64,000 bases of DNA. It comes from Candidatus Xenobia bacterium. Lineage in GTDB: Bacteria; Vulcanimicrobiota; Xenobia; Xenobiales; QWHO01. The DNA lies in NCBI GenBank assembly GCA_045863235.1, contig BTUM01000019.1, positions 49,330-113,329 of the forward strand, given 5' to 3'. Within the stretch, counting starts at the first letter, position 1, and each line of letters begins with the position of its first letter. The translations under genes and the position numbers were made by a program. Shown here in pieces: positions 9,391 through 19,699 of this stretch. Under the pieces are notes generated by a model, which saw nothing but the letters and a program-made list of their open reading frames with translations, had not been told where the DNA came from and made no database searches.

Positions 9391-11457
9391 TTATTGCTTG
9401 GGTCCCAGCTCAACCAGCAGCGCTTGCGCCCCATACAGCCTGTCCAGTGCCTCCAGCACGGCCTTGGAATGGACGGCGATGTGGCGCGCCTGCTGGTCGG
9501 TATAAACGAAGTTGCGCACCAACCCGTAGCGGTTCCGGTCAAAGTTGATCCCCACCAGCTGGCCGGCCCGGTTGATGACCGGACTGCCCGAATTGCCCCC
9601 GATGGTGTCAGCCGTGGAAACGAAGTCGAAGGGGGTTTGCAGGTTCAAGCGAGCCTTGCCCTCCAGCCAGCGGACTGGCAGTTGGAAGGGAGCCGCGTTA
9701 TGATGTTCGGCAGCCAGTTGGAAGGCCTCGCCGAAGGTCGTGAACCAGGGAACCTCCTTGCCTCCAACCTGATAGCCCCCCACGCGACCGTAAGCCAACC
9801 GCAAGGAAAAGGTGGCGTCGGGGGCCATGGTGGGACCATCGAGGGTGAACATCCCCCGGGCGATCTGGGCGTAGGCACGCCGCTCAGGCTCTTCGACCTC
9901 GCTCTCCATGCGCTTGCGCAGGGCGCGGGAACGCCCATCCACGGCCAGTGCCAGCTGGATCATGGCATCCTTCTCCCGGGCCAGGGAATCCGCGTCCAGA
10001 CCGGCCAATCGCTTGCGCTCGGCCACTTCGAAAAGACGCGTCCCGGCAACCAGCTCGGCCGCCCGAAGCTCGGGCGAGAGAGGACCCAGAGCCTGGCGTA
10101 GAGTGGGCTCCTCGCCGCCCAGCACCTCGGCCGCGAAAGTCAGCGAGTCGGCCAACCGGACCCTCTCCAGGTCGGGCTCGATCGGTGCCGGTGAAAACAG
10201 GGTCAATTCGAGTGACTCCAGCGCCGTGTCCCGGTATTCGCGCAACCGCTGGTCGCTGGGTAGCGGACGCTCGGCAGCCAGACGCACCAGATGACGTGCG
10301 ATGGCAAACAGCTCCGAGTCGAAGGCGTTGGCCTGCTCGAAGAGGGAATGCTCGCGCTCGAAGGAGGTCAAAGCCTTCTGGCTGCGCGCAATCTCCTGAA
10401 AGGCCAGATTGGCCTCCGGCAGCTGGCGCTGGAAGCGCTCTTGCAGGCTCTTCTGAGCCGCCCGTTTGGCGGCCATGATGTTGTCGTTCAGGAGGCCCTG
10501 GAACTGGCCGGCGTAGGCTTTGCGAGCATTGGCGACGCTGTAGAGCTCTCCCTGAGCCTGGCGAGCCTGCTCGGGACCAAGCTGGGCATACTGAAGCAGG
10601 TTGGCCTCGGCATGACGGACCCGGGCCAGCCGGTAAGGCAGCGTCAGGTCGCGCAGGTGCTCGAGTCGCTCGACGGTATCCAGGCGGTTGGTGCGGCCGG
10701 GATTACCGACCACGAAGACCAGCTCGCCGGCCTGGGGCCCGGCCGGGTTGAAGGGTAGAAAATCGGGCGTAACAGCCGGCTTGCCGTTCTCGTAGACGCG
10801 AAAGAAGCACACGTCGAAGTTGTAGCGCGGATACTCGAAATTGTGGGCATCTCCCCCGAAGAAAGCGATGGCTTGCTCCGGAGCCATCACCAGCCGCACA
10901 TCGGTGTACTTCTTGAAGCGGTAAAGGTGATAAGCGCCGCCCTGATAGAGGGTGATGATGTCGCTGCGCAGGCCGGTCCGGTCGGCCGACTCCTTCTCAA
11001 TTGCGGCCATGGCTGCGCTGCGCGCCCCGGCCGCCTGGTCGGGGGGTATGCCTGGCTTGACGGCGGCCTCCACGCGCTCGGTCACGTCCTCGATCTCCAG
11101 CAAAACGTTGAGCTCGAGGTCGGCGCAGGGCAACTCTTCGGCCCGCGTCCGGGCCAGATAACCCTGCTGCACCAGGTCTCGCTGGGGGGTGCTGAGCTTC
11201 TGGAGAGCATCGGCCCCGATGTGATGATTTGTGACCACCAGGCCCTCGGGACTCACGAACGAGCCCGAGCCTCCGTTGTTGAAGCGAACCGCCGCCCGCA
11301 TCACCCGCTGCAGCCAGGCATCGGTCAGCTCGAAACCATAGTCGCGCTTGATCCGCTCTTTAGGAGGAGCGTTCAGCAGCCACATGCCCTCGTCGGCCTG
11401 GCCAGGGGCCGTTAGTGCCAGAGTCAGGCTCAGCAGAGCGCCCAGCAAGACCTTCAT
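9391..11457 (-). CDS. S46 family dipeptidyl peptidase
   Basis: Signal peptide then DEGMW, GSGSFVS..GLVVTNHH, PDATFSLRL, DTIGGNSGSPV. Confidence 0.93.
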   Translation of the reverse strand: MKVLLGALLSLTLALTAPGQADEGMWLLNAPPKERIKRDYGFELTDAWLQRVMRAAVRFNNGGSGSFVSPEGLVVTNHHIGADALQKLSTPQRDLVQQGYLARTRAEELPCADLELNVLLEIEDVTERVEAAVKPGIPPDQAAGARSAAMAAIEKESADRTGLRSDIITLYQGGAYHLYRFKKYTDVRLVMAPEQAIAFFGGDAHNFEYPRYNFDVCFFRVYENGKPAVTPDFLPFNPAGPQAGELVFVVGNPGRTNRLDTVERLEHLRDLTLPYRLARVRHAEANLLQYAQLGPEQARQAQGELYSVANARKAYAGQFQGLLNDNIMAAKRAAQKSLQERFQRQLPEANLAFQEIARSQKALTSFEREHSLFEQANAFDSELFAIARHLVRLAAERPLPSDQRLREYRDTALESLELTLFSPAPIEPDLERVRLADSLTFAAEVLGGEEPTLRQALGPLSPELRAAELVAGTRLFEVAERKRLAGLDADSLAREKDAMIQLALAVDGRSRALRKRMESEVEEPERRAYAQIARGMFTLDGPTMAPDATFSLRLAYGRVGGYQVGGKEVPWFTTFGEAFQLAAEHHNAAPFQLPVRWLEGKARLNLQTPFDFVSTADTIGGNSGSPVINRAGQLVGINFDRNRYGLVRNFVYTDQQARHIAVHSKAVLEALDRLYGAQALLVELGPKQ

Positions 11458-12362
11458 CGCAAGCTATCCTTTCGGGTGAGTCGGGCGACTCCGGGAGCGG
11501 GCCGCTCGGTCAGCACTTCACGGCGGAACCGAAACAGCTCGGCCGGGCGACCGCGCGTTCGAGTGCTGGCACCGGTCCCCTCGACCAACCCGGCATTCTC
11601 CACCAGACGCCGAAAGTTCTGCTTGTGCAGCCGCACTCCCGCCAGAGCCTCCACGGCGCTCTGAAGCTGGAAGAGGGTGAAGACCTCCGGCAAGAGCTCG
11701 AAGATCACCGGACGATATTTGATCTTGCCCCGGATCCGCCCCAACGCGGTTGCCAGCATGCGGCGATGATCGACGGCCATAGCCTGACCAAGCCGCTGCA
11801 TCGGCTCGGCTGCCTCGGCCACCAACCGGGCCTCGTACAGGAGCTCGTATCGCTCCAGGACGCGCTCCTCGTCCCAGGCCGCCCCGCTCAAACCGAAAGC
11901 GATCAGGGCTCGCTCGCGACGAGCGGGCTGGCCATGCGACCACTCCCGCATCGAAAGCTCGATCTCCTGGAGGATCTGCGGCCGACCCTGGCGCCAGTCT
12001 TCCCAGGGCAGGAAGCCGTAGACCGCGGCCCAGTGAGCCGAGAAGGCCGGGGCCACGGCCATCTCTCGCACCAGCGCCAGATACGCTACCGCCAGCGAGC
12101 GCTCACCCGTTTCCCGCTCGCGCGGATCGCGAAAGCGGTCGGCGAAGGTATAAAGTTGCTCGACGTAGCCCACCTCTAAACCCGCCCGGGCAAGTACCCA
12201 GCGACGCAGAGCGCGTTCCAGGGTTGTGTCGCCGGTCGGGTCAAGAGAGCCGAAAGGAAGCGCTTCGACCGATTCCAGGTCGCGCACGGTCAGCACACGC
12301 GGCTGCTCGCCAGTCACCGCCAGGATCACGGCCGTCAGACCTACGTCGATACGATCGGTCAC
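11454..12362 (-). CDS. NUDIX-fold NAD regulator (NrtR/NadQ-like)
   Basis: EQLYTFADRFR, LPWEDWR, ERYELLYEA, DHRRMLATA, C-terminal wHTH FTLFQLQ..HKQNFRR..GRPAELFRF. Confidence 0.85.
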   Translation of the reverse strand: MTDRIDVGLTAVILAVTGEQPRVLTVRDLESVEALPFGSLDPTGDTTLERALRRWVLARAGLEVGYVEQLYTFADRFRDPRERETGERSLAVAYLALVREMAVAPAFSAHWAAVYGFLPWEDWRQGRPQILQEIELSMREWSHGQPARRERALIAFGLSGAAWDEERVLERYELLYEARLVAEAAEPMQRLGQAMAVDHRRMLATALGRIRGKIKYRPVIFELLPEVFTLFQLQSAVEALAGVRLHKQNFRRLVENAGLVEGTGASTRTRGRPAELFRFRREVLTERPAPGVARLTRKDSLR

Positions 12363-12368
12363 GATGGA

Positions 12369-13046
12369 TCAGGGAGCTGACTCGATCGGCACCGTCTCAA
12401 TGTCTACCCGGTTGGTCTTCTCATCATACTGCACTTTGACGGTATATTCGTGGTTACCGGGCTTGAGGGGTACCGTGACCTCGACCTTGTTCAGCCGGCT
12501 GCCGGTCGTCAGGCGCTGAATCTTGCCGTTGTTGTTGATCACCATCGTGTTAAGAAAGTCAGGGCCGACGCCGGTGTAGAGATACGGTTCCCCCCAGGCG
12601 GCTCCATGAGTTCCCTCGTAACGATCGGGCCGGATGCGGAGCTGCAACAACTGCATTTTGGCGACGGACACTCGAACCAGTTCGGGAGTCTCACCAGAGC
12701 GGATGGTGTCGCTGGTATACAGGCAGCTACCGTCCGCCCAGACTTCGAAGACCGCCGCCCTGCCCTCGGGCGTGCCGGTGACGTAACCAACTCTGGCCTC
12801 GAAGGCGTCAAACTTGCCATCGAGCTTGTAGGTCATAACGGAATCGTGAGCCCCTCCGAGACCCTGGATGGAACCAGCCACGCTCTCGTCGCCCTTTCCC
12901 ATCTTCACGCGGTTATAATCCCAGACCGCATTCTCGAAGGCCTCGCGGGGCATGTGCACGACCGGTGTCTTAGAAAGCTCGGCCCGAGCTGAACCGGCGC
13001 CCAGCGCCAGGACCAGGGCCAGGCCGAGCAAGAAGTGCTTGAGCAT
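12369..13046 (-). CDS. Secreted NPCBM/NEW2 domain protein
   Basis: Signal peptide MLKHFLLGLALVLAL; YKLDGKFDAFEARVG, FEVWADG, AAWGEP; GGGAGG RBS. Confidence 0.78.
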   Translation of the reverse strand: MLKHFLLGLALVLALGAGSARAELSKTPVVHMPREAFENAVWDYNRVKMGKGDESVAGSIQGLGGAHDSVMTYKLDGKFDAFEARVGYVTGTPEGRAAVFEVWADGSCLYTSDTIRSGETPELVRVSVAKMQLLQLRIRPDRYEGTHGAAWGEPYLYTGVGPDFLNTMVINNNGKIQRLTTGSRLNKVEVTVPLKPGNHEYTVKVQYDEKTNRVDIETVPIESAP

Positions 13047-13179
13047 AAAGAACCCTCCCAGTTGAAGAACCGCCGGTCTCGAAGTTAGCGACGACAGGAG
13101 CGGTCTAAAAATTCTCAACCGGTCGAACCTGTCACGCGGCCACTCGGCCGGCGCCCCGAGGTCAAAACTGTTGAGCGTT

Positions 13180-13266
13180 AAGTGATGAAGGCTCTGCCCA
13201 TCCTTCGGGCGCCTCCAAACAAATCCAGCGGTGCAGGCTTCTGCAAGACCTCATCACTTCACTTCA
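13180..13266. repeat. Dispersed palindromic element, family 1, copy B
   Basis: AAGTGATGA...TCATCACTT inverted ends followed by CACTTCA; right end matches 21452-21469 at 17 of 18 nt. Confidence 0.6.
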
Positions 13267-13289
13267 GTTCTTGGACTTGAGAGCGATTC

Positions 13290-14624
13290 CTATCGCTTCT
13301 TGGAGCGAGTCTGCCACTGCATGACCTCGCGCCCCTGCCGCCTCAGCTGCTCGTAACCCTCGGTGTCGCTACGGCGCCACACCCGGGAAAGATCATCGAG
13401 CAACCGCGCCAGGAAGGTGCGGTCGACCTGGGGAGTGTCGCTGCCCCCCGATTGGCGCCACAGGGTCGTACGGGGTCCCTCTCCAGTCTGCTCGGAGTAA
13501 ACGCCGTTGCGCCCTCGCTCGATGGAAGCCTCCACCCGCTCGTCGCGCTCGGGGGCGAGGCGCAGAAAGGCCGGCAGCGAGCGGTCCGGCTGCCTGGCGA
13601 GAAGATACAGCCCCATGCGAGCCCGAGTGGCCAGACCGTCCTCCCCCAGCGCCAGCGCCAGACCCAGACCCGAGAGGTAGTGCTGGCGGGCGGCCGTACT
13701 CAACTCGGGTCCCAGCGAGCGGGATGTCTCGGCCTGGTGCAGATGGTAGCGAGCCAGGCCCAGACCGTAATCGTGCTCTCGCTTTAGCCGCAGGGCCCGC
13801 TCGAGAAAGGCCGAGGCTTCGTCGAACAGAGCGCTGCGTGTCTCGATGCTGGGCCCGTCGAACTCGTCCAACTCGCTTTCTTGGGCCCTCCGCAGGGCCA
13901 TCCAGCCCAATCGGTAGAGAATATCCGATTCTTGCTTACGGTTGTTCATTCGCCGGTAGCCCTCGGAGGCATAGCGATACCATTCGCGAGCCTGCTCGTT
14001 GGCGTGCCGGGTCTCGTAGGAATTGGCCAGCTGCAAGGTGACATGCGTCTCCAGCTCGAGGTGGCCGCGTCCCCCTTCATCGAGGGCTTTCTGGCAGGTT
14101 CGAATGGAGTCGGCCACCCGTCCCAGGTCGTAGAGCACGCTGGCCGTGTTGAACAGGGCGGCGGCTCGATTGTAAGAATGCTCCAGCCTTTCGTAGCGGG
14201 AGGCAGCATTGCGAAACAGACGCAAAGCCTCGGTCTTCTTGCCCTGCCGATCGAGCAGGATTCCCAGTTCCATGCAGAGTTCGGCGGCGCGCAGGGGCTT
14301 GAGACGACTGCGGCGATACTGCTCGAACAGCCTGCGCATCGCCAGAATGGCTTCTTCCTGAAGCCCCTCGGCTTCCAACCAACGAATGCGCTTTCGCTCC
14401 AACCGATAGAGCAGCTCGGCCTGCTCGGAGACGACTTCCTCAGCCAGCATCAGCCAGCGCCGAGCGGCCGTACGGTGGCCCTGGGCCATCAGCACGTCCA
14501 CGTGGGCCAGCGCCTGCTCCAAGAGCTGCGTCTTCGCCTCGGGGGTGAGGTCTTGTGCGATTTCCCGGCGGCGCTCCGCCTCCATCGGGATCAGGTCCCG
14601 CCACTGAAGGTCGTCCCTCGTCAT
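13290..14624 (-). CDS. Tetratricopeptide repeat protein
   Basis: Multiple TPR-like helical repeats (ELGILLDRQGKKTEAL, NTASVLYDLGRVADSI, QLANSY). Confidence 0.78.
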   Translation of the reverse strand: MTRDDLQWRDLIPMEAERRREIAQDLTPEAKTQLLEQALAHVDVLMAQGHRTAARRWLMLAEEVVSEQAELLYRLERKRIRWLEAEGLQEEAILAMRRLFEQYRRSRLKPLRAAELCMELGILLDRQGKKTEALRLFRNAASRYERLEHSYNRAAALFNTASVLYDLGRVADSIRTCQKALDEGGRGHLELETHVTLQLANSYETRHANEQAREWYRYASEGYRRMNNRKQESDILYRLGWMALRRAQESELDEFDGPSIETRSALFDEASAFLERALRLKREHDYGLGLARYHLHQAETSRSLGPELSTAARQHYLSGLGLALALGEDGLATRARMGLYLLARQPDRSLPAFLRLAPERDERVEASIERGRNGVYSEQTGEGPRTTLWRQSGGSDTPQVDRTFLARLLDDLSRVWRRSDTEGYEQLRRQGREVMQWQTRSKKR

Positions 14625-14777
14625 ACCTTCCCCTCGGGAGAGCTTTCACGGGGCAGGTGGCCCTGACCCGCTCTCCATTATAGCACAGGTGTCATCCGGC
14701 AGGAGAAGCACCGGTTGAAAAGAACTCGTGGCAGATTTTTTCGCCCTTTTCGTGTATGCCTCAAGGAGAATGATACG

Positions 14778-16073
14778 TTGAAAACCTGGAATGTCCTCAT
14801 CCAGCTGGCTTTGATCGCAGCCTTTTGCGCTCTCTGCTTCTGGTGGCTCTACGATGCACCCAACCACCGGCTGCGCCTGAAGCTCGGTCTGGACCTGCGC
14901 TCGGGCTCGCACATCGCCGTGCAGCTCATCCCCACGCCCGATGACCAGGGGAATATCATTCCCATCAACGAGCTGGTGCGCCAACAGACCATCCAGGTGT
15001 TCGAACGACGGCTCAATCCCGATGGCACGCTGGAGATCTTGATCACCCCCGAGGGCGTCGACCGCCTGATCATCGAGATTCCCGAGATGACCGACAGCCA
15101 GAAGGCTGAGCAAATGGTCCAAAAGGTGGCCAAGCTCGAGTTCAGGCGCCGGGTGCCCAACATCGCCAAGGGCATCGTGGAGTGGAAAACCGTCATGGAC
15201 GGCAAGTACATCAAGCGAGCCATGCCCGAGAGCAACATGGGCGGGGGCTGGGTGGTGGCCTTCGAGCTGACCGACAAGGGAGCCGACATCTTCGGCAACA
15301 TCACCGCCGAGATGGTGGGCCAGCCGCTGGGCATCTTCTTCGACGGCCAACCGGTGGGCCCGGGGGCCACCGAGGCCGAGAAGCTCGAGCGCCAGCCCAT
15401 CGTGCAGGAAGCCATCCGGGGGGGTCGCGGCCAGATCAGCGGCAGCTTCTCCGTGGAGCAGGCCCAGGAGCTGGCAACCTACCTCAACTCGGGCACGCTG
15501 CCTGTAAACGTCAAAGTACTCAGCTCCTTCACGGTCAGCCCTACCCTGGGCAAGGAATCGCTGGACTCGAGCGTCATGGCTTTCGGCGGCGGTCTGGGCA
15601 TCATCGTGCTCTACATGATCTTGTATTATCGCTTGCCAGGCATCTGCGCCAGTATCGCGCTGGTGGCCTACGCGCTCATCGTGCTTGCCTCCATGAACAT
15701 ACCCGGCATGGAGTTCGTTCTCACGCTGCCCGGCATCGCAGGCTTCATCCTGTCCATCGGCATCGCGGTGGATGCCAACGTGCTGCAGTTCGAGCGCCTC
15801 AAGGAGGAGCTGTGGCACGACAAGTCGGTGGGAACGGCCACCGACGTCGGCTTTGCCAGGGCCTGGTCGTCCATCCTGGACGGCCACGTCACCACCTTCA
15901 TCGGCGCCTTCATCCTGTATGCCTTTGGTACCGCGACGGTCAAAGGCTTTGGAGCCACACTGATGATCGGAACGGTATGGAGCCTGATCACCGCCGTCTA
16001 CATCACCCGCATGCTTCTCGAGTTCTTCATTTACGTCGCCAACGTCAAGAATCGCTGGCTTTACGGAGCCTAG
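14778..16073 (+). CDS. secD: Protein translocase subunit SecD
   Basis: LKLGLDLRSG, VSPTLG, LTLPGIAGFILSIGIAVDANV, VKGFGATL; TTG start after AAGGAG. Confidence 0.95.
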   Translation: MKTWNVLIQLALIAAFCALCFWWLYDAPNHRLRLKLGLDLRSGSHIAVQLIPTPDDQGNIIPINELVRQQTIQVFERRLNPDGTLEILITPEGVDRLIIEIPEMTDSQKAEQMVQKVAKLEFRRRVPNIAKGIVEWKTVMDGKYIKRAMPESNMGGGWVVAFELTDKGADIFGNITAEMVGQPLGIFFDGQPVGPGATEAEKLERQPIVQEAIRGGRGQISGSFSVEQAQELATYLNSGTLPVNVKVLSSFTVSPTLGKESLDSSVMAFGGGLGIIVLYMILYYRLPGICASIALVAYALIVLASMNIPGMEFVLTLPGIAGFILSIGIAVDANVLQFERLKEELWHDKSVGTATDVGFARAWSSILDGHVTTFIGAFILYAFGTATVKGFGATLMIGTVWSLITAVYITRMLLEFFIYVANVKNRWLYGA

Positions 16074-16083
16074 GAGCTAAGTC

Positions 16084-17271
16084 ATGGATACCACCAAGAT
16101 GATCGAAGTCGCCCTTTGGGCGATCATTCTGACGGCCATCGTCACCTGGGGCCAGTCGTTCCGCAAGAAGACGCGCGACCTGATGGGGAATCGACGCTAC
16201 TTCTACTATGTCAGCGCCACTCTGGTAGTGGTCGGGCTGGGAGGAATCCTCATCCGGGGCGTGCAGCTCGGACTTGACTTCACCGGGGGCACGCTGGTCG
16301 AGCTCTCCTCGCCCCAGATGCTCACCGTCAACCAGGTGCGCGAAGCGATGGCTGACCCCCGGGTTGACGGCCAGAGCCCGGGCAGCGTGCCCATCGCCGA
16401 CCTCCAGGTGCAGGTATCGGCCAGTCTCATCCCGGGCCTGGGCAAGGACGGCCAGCCAGCCCAGAAGATCATCTTGCGCATGAAGCGCCAGGGCAACGAA
16501 GAGCCAGCCCTGAGCGCAGATCAGACCCAGATGGTGGTCACCGTTCTGGGCGAGAAGCTCCAGACGACCTTGTTGCGCGAGGAGCGCATCGGGTCTACCA
16601 TCACCGGCGAGCTGCAGATGAACGCCATCATGGCCCTCGTGATCACGCTCGGGCTCCAGCTCATCTACATTTATTTCCGGTTCGGGGGCCAGATGCGTTT
16701 CGGCCTGGCCGCCGACATCGCCCTGGTCCATGATGTGGTAATCATGCTGGGCATCTACGCCCTGGCCGGACGTCAGGTTGACTCGCCCTTCATCGCCGCT
16801 TTGCTGACCGTAACCGGCTATTCGGTGATGGATTCTGTGGTCATCTTCGACCGCATTCGCGAGAATCTCCGCATCACCAAGAACGCCACCTTTGACGAAG
16901 TGGTCAACCTTTCGGTGAACCAGACCATGACTCGCTCCATCAACACCACGCTGACGCCCATCCTGACCCTGCTGGCCATCTACTTCTTCGGGGGCTCCAC
17001 CCTGCAGAACTTCGCCTTCGCGCTGCTGGTGGGGATCTTCGCAGGCGCCTATTCGTCCATCTGCCTGGCCTCGCCCCTGCTGATCGAGATCGACCACTAC
17101 GCCACCCGCAAGGAGAAGGAGCGGCTGGCGATGCGGCGCGAGCTGGCCGAGCAGAAGGCGGGCGAGCGCAAAAAGCGTGAGGTCACAGTGCGGCCCGAGG
17201 AGCTGGATCCCGTCGAGCAAGCCATGCAGGGTGCGGCCAGCGGCAAAAGACGGGGGCGACGTCGCCGCTGA
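16084..17271 (+). CDS. secF: Protein translocase subunit SecF
   Basis: LGLDFTGG, ALVHD, GYSVMDSVVIFDRIREN, RSINT, GAYSSI. Confidence 0.95.
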   Translation: MDTTKMIEVALWAIILTAIVTWGQSFRKKTRDLMGNRRYFYYVSATLVVVGLGGILIRGVQLGLDFTGGTLVELSSPQMLTVNQVREAMADPRVDGQSPGSVPIADLQVQVSASLIPGLGKDGQPAQKIILRMKRQGNEEPALSADQTQMVVTVLGEKLQTTLLREERIGSTITGELQMNAIMALVITLGLQLIYIYFRFGGQMRFGLAADIALVHDVVIMLGIYALAGRQVDSPFIAALLTVTGYSVMDSVVIFDRIRENLRITKNATFDEVVNLSVNQTMTRSINTTLTPILTLLAIYFFGGSTLQNFAFALLVGIFAGAYSSICLASPLLIEIDHYATRKEKERLAMRRELAEQKAGERKKREVTVRPEELDPVEQAMQGAASGKRRGRRRR

Positions 17272-17273
17272 GC

Positions 17274-18410
17274 TTGATCCCCGAGCGCGTCCCTCATCCG
17301 GTCGATCGAATGAAGATCCTGGCCAGGATGATCCACATCACCTCGCATCTGAGCGACCTGGAATCCCTGCAGGAAATCCTGATGGACCACTTGCTGGAGC
17401 TGGTGGGAGCAGAGCGGGGCTTCCTGATGCTGGTCGACCCCGAAAGCGGCGCGCTGGAATTCTGCACGGCTCGCAACTTCTCTAAGGAAAGCCTGTTCGA
17501 GTCTGAGTTTCAGGTAAGCCGTAGCATCATTTTCGAGACCTTCCGCAGCCGAGAGGCCGTGCTGACCTCCAATGCCCAGGATGATGAGCGTTTCCAGAGC
17601 GCGATCAGTGTCCAGGAGCTCGGCTTGCGGGCGGTCATGTGCGTACCGGTGGTCGTGCAAGACGAGGCCATCGGAGTGCTCTACGTCGACAACCGCTTGC
17701 GGCTGGGAGCCTTCGAGACAGAGGACCTCGAATTCATGAAGACCTTTGCCGATCAAGCCGGGGCCAGCATCCACCGAACCCGCCTGACCCGGGAACGAAA
17801 CCGACTGGCCCAGCTGTTCAGTCGCTATGTCAGCCCCGAGGTGGTTGGCGAGTTACTGGCCCGCCCGCACGACGCGCTCAGCGCCCAGCGGCGCCGGGTC
17901 ACGGTGATGTTCGTGGATCTGCGCGGCTTCTCGGCCCTCTCCGAGCAGCTTCCCCCGGCCGAGCTCCTGGACATGCTCAATGAATACTACGAGGGCATGC
18001 TCGAGGTACTGTTCGCTCACCGGGGCACCATTCTGTCCTTCCTGGGCGACGGCTTGCTGGCCGTCTTCGGGGCTCCGTTGGCCATGGAGCAACAGGAGTT
18101 GAGGGCCATTCAGTGCGCCAGGAATCTGATTCAATGGGGAGAAACCAGACAGGGGCTGAAGTTTGGGGTGGGTATGGCCACCGGCGAGGCGGTCGTAGGG
18201 GATCTGGGGGGCTCTCAGAGAAGAGACTACACGGTCGTGGGCGACCCGGTGAACACCGCCGCCCGACTCGAAAAACTCACCAAGAGCAAGGGGGTTGCGG
18301 TGCTGGTGGATGAGGAGACCTACCGCTCCAGCGGCCTGACGGGAGGAACCAACCTGGGGGCAGAGCTTCTGGCTGGCAAGTCCAATCCGGTCTCCCTCTG
18401 GGCCGTGTGA
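17274..18410 (+). CDS. GAF domain plus class III adenylate/guanylate cyclase
   Basis: GAF (AERGFLML..LYVDNR); cyclase TVMFVDLRGF, FLGDG, YTVVGDPVNTAARLE. Start may be the ATG at 17310. Confidence 0.9.
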   Translation: MIPERVPHPVDRMKILARMIHITSHLSDLESLQEILMDHLLELVGAERGFLMLVDPESGALEFCTARNFSKESLFESEFQVSRSIIFETFRSREAVLTSNAQDDERFQSAISVQELGLRAVMCVPVVVQDEAIGVLYVDNRLRLGAFETEDLEFMKTFADQAGASIHRTRLTRERNRLAQLFSRYVSPEVVGELLARPHDALSAQRRRVTVMFVDLRGFSALSEQLPPAELLDMLNEYYEGMLEVLFAHRGTILSFLGDGLLAVFGAPLAMEQQELRAIQCARNLIQWGETRQGLKFGVGMATGEAVVGDLGGSQRRDYTVVGDPVNTAARLEKLTKSKGVAVLVDEETYRSSGLTGGTNLGAELLAGKSNPVSLWAV

Positions 18411-19699
18411 AACGCGGCCTGGTCGTGCTGGCTTTGACCGCTCTGCAGGCCTGTGGCCCTCCTCCCCCGGACCCGGCCCTGCACATGGCTCCCGACACCC
18501 CTCTGAGCGAATCGGCCTACGTCGCCTCCGATCGGGGCGGCCAGCTCTGGTTCCGACTCTACCGGCGAGGTGACCCCTCGGACGAGCCCTTTCGCCCCAG
18601 CGGCGTGAGCGCCCCTGGCCGCATCCGAATTCCAGAAGGACACCTGGTAGATCTGGAGGTGCGCGGTCGCATCGGTCCCTTCCAGCTGTTCCGCGCCACC
18701 CAGGGCCGCGTCCAACCAGAGTCACACGTTTCCCTGGTCAGTGTGGTGGAGCTCGATTGGAATCGCATCCTGGCCCTGGGACTGGTCAGCCTGGCCGGCC
18801 TCTCGGGAGCGCTCTGGCTGATCCTCGCCAGCCGCCTGCGCCACCGGGAGAATCAGGCACTGGAGCTCGAGGTCGAGCGCAACCAGGCTGAAGAACGGGC
18901 TCGGCGGGCCGAGTCGCGCACCGGTGGTGATCCCATTCGGCTGGGGCCGTACCGCATCCTGGAACGGCTCGGCCAGGGCGGGCACGCGGTGGTCTACCTG
19001 GTCGAAGACGAGTATGGCGACCGCTTCGCACTGAAAATTCCCAGCCAGCCCTCCCAGCGCTTCCAGCGAGAATGCGAAATCTTGCGGGAGCTGCGCCACC
19101 CGGGCATTGTGCGCTTGCACAGCTTCTCGGTCGCAAGCCAGGACGAACCGGCCTACATGGTGCTCGAACCGGTCGAAGGGGAGAGCCTGCTCGAGCGACT
19201 CGAGCGGCCCATGGCCCCTGAGGAAGCGGTGCGCATCGCGCGCGAGCTGCTGCAGGCGCTCGAATATGCTCATCAGGCCGGGGTCGTTCATCGCGACGTC
19301 TCGGCCGGCAACGTGCTCTTGACCGCTCAGGGAGTGCGCCTGCTCGACTTCGGGCTGGCCCGCCAGGATCTGCAGGTCACCCTGACGGCCCCCGACCAGA
19401 CCCTGGGAACCCCTGCCTACGCCGCCCCGGAGCAGATCGACAGCCACACCGTCGACGCCCGGGCCGACCTTTTTGCGGTGGGCGTGTTGCTCTATCAGAT
19501 GCTGACCGGGCGGCTACCCTGGCAAGAGCGCGACGCCGTCAAGCTGTTCCTGGCCAAGAGCAGCACGCCGCCGCCTCCTCCCAACCAGCTCAACCCGATG
19601 ATTTCACGGTCGTTGAGCGAGCTCGTCATGGACCTGTTGCGGGCTGACCCCGCGGATCGACCCGAATCGGCCGGGGCCGTGCTGAGGCGGCTGAGCTGA
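18407..19699 (+). CDS. Membrane-anchored Ser/Thr protein kinase
   Basis: Lipoprotein-like N-terminus (LQAC), TM helix, LGQGGHAVVY, ALK, HRDVSAGN, DFG, GTPAYAAPEQ. Confidence 0.9.
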   Translation: MKRGLVVLALTALQACGPPPPDPALHMAPDTPLSESAYVASDRGGQLWFRLYRRGDPSDEPFRPSGVSAPGRIRIPEGHLVDLEVRGRIGPFQLFRATQGRVQPESHVSLVSVVELDWNRILALGLVSLAGLSGALWLILASRLRHRENQALELEVERNQAEERARRAESRTGGDPIRLGPYRILERLGQGGHAVVYLVEDEYGDRFALKIPSQPSQRFQRECEILRELRHPGIVRLHSFSVASQDEPAYMVLEPVEGESLLERLERPMAPEEAVRIARELLQALEYAHQAGVVHRDVSAGNVLLTAQGVRLLDFGLARQDLQVTLTAPDQTLGTPAYAAPEQIDSHTVDARADLFAVGVLLYQMLTGRLPWQERDAVKLFLAKSSTPPPPPNQLNPMISRSLSELVMDLLRADPADRPESAGAVLRRLS

